Part shown: positions 8,797 to 14,933 of the stretch, piece by piece
How the letters are laid out: every line of letters starts with the position of its first letter
How positions within the stretch are numbered: position 1 is the stretch's first letter
Origin: Specibacter sp.
GTDB taxonomy: Bacteria > Actinomycetota > Actinomycetes > Actinomycetales > Micrococcaceae
DNA: 64,000 nucleotides
Assembly (NCBI GenBank): GCA_046714315.1
Contig: JBKKBD010000212.1
Location: 30,152-94,151 of the forward strand
Direction of reading: 5' to 3'
Notes under the pieces: generated by a model
The model's database searches: none
Told to the model about the DNA's origin: nothing
What the model saw: the letters and a program-made list of their open reading frames with translations, nothing else
Program-made: the position numbers and the translations under genes

Positions 8797-9501
8797 CTAG
8801 GCTTGTGGCGTTTCGGTGGGTGAACCGGGCGTGGCCGGGGAATTGGCGCCGGGTGCTGCAGGGGGATTCTTGCGCTGCGCCTTTATGGCCGCCTTCGCTG
8901 CCCGCTCCTTGGCTGTTTCGTTGTCGCGGAGGAGTTTCTCGGCGGCCTTGATTTCGCGGATCTTGCGTCCGCGTCGCATCCACATCCGACCCAGAATGAT
9001 GACAGCCACGGCGCAAACGACGCCAACCACCATGAAGATCTGGCTCCAGGTGCCGAACCAGTTGGCGGTGTTGGCCCAGATCGAGCGGGCGTCGGCAGCG
9101 GTTTGGGTGGTTCCAAAGAGGACGCCGAGCGTGAGCAGGTTCGGTACCGTCAAAATGACGCCAAGAACCACCAGTGAAATGCGCACCCACTTATTGAGTT
9201 TGCGGTGGTGGGCCTGCCATGCGACCAGAACAGGGGCGAAGGAGAAGACGAAACCGTAGAACATGCCCAGCGGGATGCTGTTGCCCAATTGGTTCCCGAT
9301 CTGATTTCCGATCGACTTCGCCCAGATCAGTGGCACGGTCACGGACGCGATCAGGTATGCGACCACGAGCACAGCAGCAATGATCACGCCAAGAATCGTA
9401 CGAAAGAGCCATACTGGCAGTTTGGCCTTGCCTTGATTGCCAGTCCTGGTGTTCGAATCGGTCGAACCATCCGTCGGGGTGGGGGCTGTTGAATCAGTCA
9501 T
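8797..9501 (-). CDS. Hypothetical integral membrane protein
   Basis: About 4 hydrophobic segments, basic C-terminal tail; 9 nt upstream of the USP start. Confidence 0.78.
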   Translation of the reverse strand: MTDSTAPTPTDGSTDSNTRTGNQGKAKLPVWLFRTILGVIIAAVLVVAYLIASVTVPLIWAKSIGNQIGNQLGNSIPLGMFYGFVFSFAPVLVAWQAHHRKLNKWVRISLVVLGVILTVPNLLTLGVLFGTTQTAADARSIWANTANWFGTWSQIFMVVGVVCAVAVIILGRMWMRRGRKIREIKAAEKLLRDNETAKERAAKAAIKAQRKNPPAAPGANSPATPGSPTETPQA

Positions 9502-9709
9502 GCATGCATCATCTCAGAGTTGCTGCTGACAGAGTGGGTCATTTCGATTAAATATGCTAGAAAGTACCTTCGACTTGTCAAGAACGGCCGCACACTAAAG
9601 ACTGGTTAAGGATCGTTGAAGAATTCCGCGGCCAAATGTGTTTTAGTTTCCCAATAGACTTCACTTTTTCCTCGCACTGCACGCGATGAACCCCGAAAGG
9701 TGCGCATAA

Positions 9710-10096
9710 ATGAGCAACATTCCAGCAGAACTTTCCTACACCGGTGAACACGAATGGGTACTGGCACCCACGGCTGAGGGTGTGGTGCGCGTTGGCATCA
9801 CCGATTTTGCGCAGGATGCACTGGGCGACGTCGTTTATGTTCAGGTCCCGGAGCTCGGAACCGAAGTTACGGCTGACACGGTTGTAGGCGAGGTCGAGTC
9901 CACCAAGAGCGTCAGCGACATCTACGCACCTCTGACCGGCACGGTCACCGCCCGTAACGAAGCCTTGGATGCCGATCCGGCGCTGATCAATTCAGATCCT
10001 TACGGTGCCGGCTGGTTGCTCGAAATCACCCTCACCGATGCGGCCAGCTACGGCTCGCTCCTCAGCGCGGCTGAGTACCAGGAAAAGGTAGGCTAG
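9710..10096 (+). CDS. gcvH: Glycine cleavage system H protein
   Basis: YTGEHEW, VGITDFAQ, EVESTKSVSD lipoyl-Lys, NSDPYGAGW; RBS GAAAGG. Confidence 0.96.
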   Translation: MSNIPAELSYTGEHEWVLAPTAEGVVRVGITDFAQDALGDVVYVQVPELGTEVTADTVVGEVESTKSVSDIYAPLTGTVTARNEALDADPALINSDPYGAGWLLEITLTDAASYGSLLSAAEYQEKVG

Positions 10097-10218
10097 TAGC
10101 TAAGGAACATTTGGGTAGCTCTACCCAGATCATTCCCAGCGACGGCTCGTACGTTGTTAGTAACTGAGGGAGCATCCGCTTTCCTCTGCAAGATTTTTTT
10201 CAGCAAGGAGGAGTACCA

Positions 10219-10701
10219 ATGGTTGACACGGGTAACGGCGCCGGGGTGAATGATCAGGCGATCTCCCAAGATCAGCCCGGTGCTACAGACACGACCTCAA
10301 TTCAGCTTCCTCCCGTTCAGGCCGGGCCCTCCACGGTGCCCGTTCTGGCGCCCGATGAGCAAGCCGCCGTGAACTCGCTTCCTGCTGGTTCCGCGCTGCT
10401 CATTGCGCACGTAGGGCCAAATGCTGGAGCGCGGTTCTTGCTGGACAGCCAGGTCACCACGGCCGGCCGCCATCCAGACGCGGACATTTTCTTGGACGAT
10501 GTGACCGTTTCGCGACGCCACGTGAATTTCATGAAGTACGACGGCGGCTTCGAAGTCATCGACGCCGGCAGCCTCAACGGGACATACGTAAACGGCGACC
10601 GTGTGGATGCAGTGCGCCTGCGGACCGGAAATGAAGTGCAGATCGGCAAGTTCCGACTCACGTACTACTTCAGCTCCAGCAACGCCGCTGCGGATTCCTA
10701 G
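10219..10701 (+). CDS. garA: FHA domain protein, GarA/OdhI family
   Basis: GRHPDADIFLDDVTVSRRH, SLNGTYVN, IGKFRL; N-terminal DTTS motif; gcvH-garA-MerR synteny. Confidence 0.9.
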   Translation: MVDTGNGAGVNDQAISQDQPGATDTTSIQLPPVQAGPSTVPVLAPDEQAAVNSLPAGSALLIAHVGPNAGARFLLDSQVTTAGRHPDADIFLDDVTVSRRHVNFMKYDGGFEVIDAGSLNGTYVNGDRVDAVRLRTGNEVQIGKFRLTYYFSSSNAAADS

Positions 10702-10707
10702 GGCGCT

Positions 10708-11475
10708 GTGGGAAGTATGAATACCGGCACAGGGCGCCGGTTGGTGGACGTGCAGTCCACCAGCCGGCGTTCCGGTGCCGCAACCGTCCTGAACATTGGT
10801 GAAGTCCTGGCGCAGCTGACCTCGGACTTCCCTTCAGTGACGGCCTCCAAGATTCGTTTTTATGAAGAAAAGGGACTCATTACCCCGCAGCGAACCGCAG
10901 CAGGGTACCGGCAATTCCGAGAGTCCGACGTCGAAAGGCTCCGGTTTGTGCTCGCGCTCCAACGTGATCACTACCTGCCACTGAAGGTCATCAGGGAGTA
11001 TCTGGATGCCATCGATCAGGGGCTGACACCGGAGAACCTGCCGCCGGGTGTTTCCATTGCGCCGCGCATGGTTTCCGAGGATATGCTCCGTGAGCTCAAG
11101 GGCCGGACACGCCGCCTGACGCCGGAGCAGTTGCGAGCCGAGTCTGGTTCCGGCATTGATTTATTTGAGACCATGATCAGTTATGGTCTGATCGCCTCGC
11201 ATGAGGGTACTTTTGACGATCACGCCTTGAAGGTTGCGCAGGCGTGCACTGCGTTGGCAGTCCACGGACTTGAACCTCGTCACCTGCGGCCTTTCCAGGC
11301 TGCCGCCGACAGGGAATTTGGTTTGGTTGAACGTGCGGTAGGTCCGGTGTCAGCGCGCAAGGACAGCACGGCTGCCATGCGGGCTGCCGAGTCTGCCCGC
11401 GAAATTGCTGATCTGTGCCTGAGTCTGCACAGTGCCCTAGTTCAGACACGCATTGCTGAGATGGAAAGCTCATGA
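10708..11475 (+). CDS. ftsR: MerR-family regulator FtsR (Rv1828/Cg1631-like)
   Basis: IGEVL..SKIRFYEEKGLI.P.RT.GYR.F, LPLKVI, GLEPRHLR..RAAADRE; directly downstream of garA. Exact start uncertain. Confidence 0.82.
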   Translation: MGSMNTGTGRRLVDVQSTSRRSGAATVLNIGEVLAQLTSDFPSVTASKIRFYEEKGLITPQRTAAGYRQFRESDVERLRFVLALQRDHYLPLKVIREYLDAIDQGLTPENLPPGVSIAPRMVSEDMLRELKGRTRRLTPEQLRAESGSGIDLFETMISYGLIASHEGTFDDHALKVAQACTALAVHGLEPRHLRPFQAAADREFGLVERAVGPVSARKDSTAAMRAAESAREIADLCLSLHSALVQTRIAEMESS

Positions 11476-11981
11476 TCGAAGTGGAGATCGTGGGAGTCAG
11501 GATTGAACTGCCGTCCAACCAGCCGTTGGTTCTCCTGCGCGAGAAGGTGGGGGAGCGGCATATCCCGATCTGGATCGGTGCCGCCGAAGCCACGGCCATC
11601 GCATTGTCAGAACAAGGCGTGGTCCCTCCGCGACCGCTAACCCATGACCTTTTGTGTGGAGTCGTTTTGGCGCTTGGACACAGAATCCTGGACGTTAGCC
11701 TGACCAGGGTTGAGGACGGTGTGTTCTTTGCCGAATTGCGCTTCGACAACGGGACAACCATTGGCTCACGTGCCTCCGACGCCATCGCCATTGCCCAACG
11801 TGCAGAGTGCCCGATTTTGGCTGATGAGAACCTCATTGAGGAAGCCGGCGTGGTGATTGGGGACCACAATGAGGACGGAAACGCCGAAGTCGTCGCCGAT
11901 GACGACGAGGCCAAGGAGCGTGAGGTTCGTCAATTCAGAGAATTCCTCAATGACGTCGAGCCAGAGGATTTTGACAAGTAA
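11472..11981 (+). CDS. Bifunctional nuclease family protein (DUF151, Rv1829-like)
   Basis: IPIWIGAAEA, RPLTHDL, SRASDAIAIA. Confidence 0.9.
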   Translation: MIEVEIVGVRIELPSNQPLVLLREKVGERHIPIWIGAAEATAIALSEQGVVPPRPLTHDLLCGVVLALGHRILDVSLTRVEDGVFFAELRFDNGTTIGSRASDAIAIAQRAECPILADENLIEEAGVVIGDHNEDGNAEVVADDDEAKEREVRQFREFLNDVEPEDFDK

Positions 11982-12013
11982 TCCGCGTATTTTCGGGGAT
12001 TTCCTCTCATGTC

Positions 12014-12034
12014 TAACCTTAAAGCTGAGCCTGA
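12014..12034. promoter_or_regulatory. Putative FtsR-type site
   Basis: TAACCTTAAAGCTGAGCCTGA, 16/21 identical to the inverted repeat upstream of ftsZ (52247-52267). Confidence 0.45.
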
Positions 12035-12070
12035 AACTTTCGACACGCTGAAATTGTTGTGCGGACGTCT

Positions 12071-12099
12071 TTGACCTTGCTCCCGCAGGGATCTAACGT
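12071..12099 (+). promoter_or_regulatory. SigA-type promoter of the MerR gene
   Basis: TTGACC-17 nt-TAACGT. Confidence 0.6.
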
Positions 12100-12245
12100 C
12101 AAAGTATTGAGTTCCCCATTGCAAGCTTCGGCTGGCACGGGCACACTTGAGGTTAGAGCCCCTTCAGCTCTCCCTTAGGTGTTTCGTGCGTTGACGGTTT
12201 GCAAGCAAGCAAACCGTTCGGGGGACTGTGAACAGGAGGATCCAC

Positions 12246-12839
12246 GTGAATGCCAAGAGTGACGCCGGCGAGCCGACGGCAGCCGTTGTCCCCAGTGCGG
12301 CATTCCGCGCGGGATCCCAAGGCTTGTTGTTCACCGAAGACCTGCCTGTCCTCGATGTGGACGCGGGTTACCGTGGGCCCACAGCCTGTAAGGCTGCCGG
12401 CATTACTTACCGCCAGCTCGACTACTGGGCTCGTACGGGTCTGGTGGAACCGGCCGTCCGCGGGGCCGCAGGATCTGGCTCGCAGCGACTCTATGGCTTC
12501 CGGGACATTCTTGTACTCAAGGTGGTCAAGCGGCTTCTGGACACGGGTGTGTCCCTCCAACAAATTCGCACCGCTGTAGAACACCTGCGCGAGCGCGGCG
12601 TTGAAGACTTGGCACAAATCACGTTGATGAGCGACGGCGCCTCGGTGTATGAGTGCACCTCGGCAGATGAGGTTATCGACCTTGTGCAGGGCGGCCAGGG
12701 TGTCTTTGGCATTGCCGTTGGCCGTGTTTGGCGTGAGGTTGAAGGAAGCCTTGCTTCCCTCCCCAGTGAACATGCGGCCATTGCAGCTTTCCCGGACGAT
12801 GAACTCAGCAAGCGCCGCGAAGCCCGCAAGATCTCCTAA
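12246..12839 (+). CDS. MerR-family regulator (Rv1830-like)
   Basis: GITYRQLDYWARTGLVEP, SQRLYGFRD, LDTGVSLQQIR, GQGVFGIA; AGGAGG RBS before GTG 12246. Confidence 0.9.
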   Translation: MNAKSDAGEPTAAVVPSAAFRAGSQGLLFTEDLPVLDVDAGYRGPTACKAAGITYRQLDYWARTGLVEPAVRGAAGSGSQRLYGFRDILVLKVVKRLLDTGVSLQQIRTAVEHLRERGVEDLAQITLMSDGASVYECTSADEVIDLVQGGQGVFGIAVGRVWREVEGSLASLPSEHAAIAAFPDDELSKRREARKIS

Positions 12840-12849
12840 CCTCCGTTCC

Positions 12850-12919
12850 AACTGACCCGCAGTAGTGGTTGAAATATCGCGTTTTCGCGCCGTTTTCCAA
12901 CCACTACTGCGGGTCAGTT
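12850..12919 (-). repeat. REP-like ~70-bp palindrome, copy 1
   Basis: Perfect 22-bp arms AACTGACCCGCAGTAGTGGTTG (12850-12871) and CAACCACTACTGCGGGTCAGTT (12898-12919). Internal motif is inverted relative to copies 2 and 3. Confidence 0.92.
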
Positions 12920-12937
12920 CTTGGTGTTGCTGAGAAC

Positions 12938-12946
12938 TGTGGATAA
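12938..12946 (-). promoter_or_regulatory. DnaA-box consensus TTATCCACA
   Basis: TGTGGATAA on the + strand, between palindrome 1 and the -10 (CATGAT 12973-12978) of the nuclease gene. Confidence 0.5.
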
Positions 12947-12984
12947 CTTAAACGTCACCGACGGTAACTTGCCATGATGGAGGC

Positions 12985-13923
12985 ATGTTTCAACGTGAAT
13001 CATTTCCACCAGAACTGAGAAATGGCCCCTTCACGACCAGATCAGCACAGGATTTGGGCGTCGGCCGGGGCAAGCTCAGGCACGCAGCAATCAGGGCGCT
13101 AAGCCGTGGAATCGTCTCGATTGACGGTGAAGATCTGCCGCTGGCGCTCTTGACGCGGCCCTTCACCCAGGTAACTGGGTATTCTGCCGCATCGCACTAC
13201 ACCGCCTTTGCCATCTGGGAGTTTCCAGGATTCATGCCGGTTAACGATGAGACCTTGATTGACATTTCCCGCCAAGCTCCCCATGACGAACCGCGTCGTG
13301 CGGGCGTGCGGGGCCACACTACCAAGTTCCGTGACGATGAAGTGGTTTGCTTGGATGGATTGTGGCTCACCACCCGATGCCGCACGTGGTTGGATTGCTC
13401 CAGGCGTATGAGCGTCGATGAATTGGTGGTGGTTGCCGACCATTTGGTCCGCATCCCAAGGATGGAGTTTGAGGGTCGGGCCGAGCCCTACGCCACCGTG
13501 GAAGACCTTTCGCTGATGCTGGAACGCCACAAAGGCACACCCGGAATCCAAAAGGCCCGGCAGGCCCTTGCGCTCACGAGAGTCGGATCAGATTCCGCCC
13601 CGGAAACAAGGCTTCGCCTAGCTCTGGACAGAGCGGGCTTACCGGAGCCCCTGATCAACGTGGCGGTACAGCTGGTTCCCGGAAAGTCCCGTACACCCGA
13701 CGCCCACTTCCCTGAGTATCGTGTGGCAGTGGAGTACGACGGCGGCAGTCACTCCGATTCTGACCAGGTCACAAGTGACATTCGGCGGCAGGAAGACTTC
13801 CAGGAAGCAGGCTGGATTGAGGTGCGCATTGCCAAGGAGCACATGCGCGACGATGCCAAAGGGGCTGTGCGCAAGATCCGTGATGCACTGTACAGCCGAG
13901 GATGGCGTCCCAAACAGAACTGA
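12985..13923 (+). CDS. AbiEi-like N-terminal/DUF559 (Vsr-like PD-(D/E)XK) endonuclease domain protein
   Basis: ASHYTA, TTRCRTWLD, SAPETRLRLAL, PDAHFPEYRVAVEYDGGSH, DIRRQEDFQEAGWIEVR. Confidence 0.82.
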   Translation: MFQRESFPPELRNGPFTTRSAQDLGVGRGKLRHAAIRALSRGIVSIDGEDLPLALLTRPFTQVTGYSAASHYTAFAIWEFPGFMPVNDETLIDISRQAPHDEPRRAGVRGHTTKFRDDEVVCLDGLWLTTRCRTWLDCSRRMSVDELVVVADHLVRIPRMEFEGRAEPYATVEDLSLMLERHKGTPGIQKARQALALTRVGSDSAPETRLRLALDRAGLPEPLINVAVQLVPGKSRTPDAHFPEYRVAVEYDGGSHSDSDQVTSDIRRQEDFQEAGWIEVRIAKEHMRDDAKGAVRKIRDALYSRGWRPKQN

Positions 13924-13988
13924 CCCGCAGTAGTGGCTCAAAAAGTCACGAATATCGCGATTTTTCGAGCCACTACTGCGGGCCAGTT
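13918..13988 (+). repeat. REP-like ~70-bp palindrome, copy 2
   Basis: 22-bp arms AACTGACCCGCAGTAGTGGCTC / GAGCCACTACTGCGGGCCAGTT (1 mismatch); contains the TGA stop of the nuclease gene. Confidence 0.92.
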
Positions 13989-13995
13989 GTAAGGG

Positions 13996-14832
13996 CTAAC
14001 CGCGGTAGAGGCGGCTTCGGGTAGCGCTTTGATTCAGTACCGAATCGAGCAAGCGATCAAAGAGAGCCGAAGCGTTCTTGGCGGAATCTCCGGGCCACTG
14101 GTGCACAGGGTGTGCAGCGCCTTGGATCTGCTGCCAGTTGGCCTGTTCTGGAATGGTGGGGGAGAGCAGCAGCTCACCAAACATGGTTTTCATCTCGCCG
14201 AGCCGGTAGGCATGCTCGTTTGATCCTGTGCGGACGCGGTTGGCCACAATGCCGGCGGGCACAAGGGCCGGGGCAAATTCGGTGCGGAATAGTTCTATGG
14301 CGCGCAGGGTGCGTTGCGTGCCGGCCACGGAGAATAGGCCAGGCTCGGCGACGAGCAGCACGCGGCTGCTGGCGGTCCACGCCATGCGGGTCAGGCCGTT
14401 CAAGGACGGCGGGCAGTCGATCAGCACCAGCTGATAGGGTGCCGTGCCGTCACGATCAGCATTCGCCAACACGGTGGAAAGGCGGCGCAGATCGCGCTTG
14501 CCCAGGTCCGGTCGGTCGTAGATGCCACTGAAGGCCGAGCCCATGGCGACGTCGAGCGTTGGTGCGGCACCGCCGTCCTGCTGGTGGGCCGCCAGCCAGC
14601 CGCTGGGGACCACATTGGCGCCAAGGTTCGCCTTGCGTGCGTTCTTGATCATCTGGCCAATGTCCAGCTGGTCGCGCGCGGCGACACCGAGGCCGGTGGT
14701 GGCGTCGGCATGGGGATCGAGATCGATCACCAAAGTGGGGATGCCGGCCGCCAAGGCTGCCGAGGCCAGGCCAAGCGTGACTGAGGTCTTGCCGACGCCG
14801 CCCTTGAGGCTGCTGATACTCACTACTTGCAC
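13996..14832 (-). CDS. ParA/MinD-family ATPase (orphan, no ParB nearby)
   Basis: SLKGGVGKTS deviant Walker A, IDLDPHADAT, LIDCPPSL. Confidence 0.9.
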   Translation of the reverse strand: MQVVSISSLKGGVGKTSVTLGLASAALAAGIPTLVIDLDPHADATTGLGVAARDQLDIGQMIKNARKANLGANVVPSGWLAAHQQDGGAAPTLDVAMGSAFSGIYDRPDLGKRDLRRLSTVLANADRDGTAPYQLVLIDCPPSLNGLTRMAWTASSRVLLVAEPGLFSVAGTQRTLRAIELFRTEFAPALVPAGIVANRVRTGSNEHAYRLGEMKTMFGELLLSPTIPEQANWQQIQGAAHPVHQWPGDSAKNASALFDRLLDSVLNQSATRSRLYRG

Positions 14833-14933
14833 GGATGAACCATTACCCTTTGCGTTGCTTACTCAATCATGTGCTGTGCTGTTAGCCCTGACACATACAA
14901 TAGCTGTGGAACGTTCGCGACTTGGAGAACCCA

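Larger units (their letters stand above)
12850..13988. mobile_element. Candidate palindrome-bounded nuclease cassette (REP-gene-REP)
   Basis: A single DUF559-type gene bounded by two inverted copies of the same palindrome. No target-site duplication and no known transposase motif. Confidence 0.5.

Noticed and set aside
9502-9709. Fluoride riboswitch upstream of the fluc operon
   Set aside because: No match to the conserved GATGG..TTC/GATGA..CCT pattern on the minus strand, and the first gene starts almost directly after its promoter region.
12985-13923. Type IV toxin-antitoxin (AbiEi/AbiEii) module
   Set aside because: No adjacent nucleotidyltransferase toxin gene; the protein has a fused nuclease-like C-terminus and is flanked by repeats.
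14833-14933. Glycine riboswitch upstream of gcvP
   Set aside because: The region is too short and lacks the aptamer core sequences; the GGAGA present is best read as the RBS.
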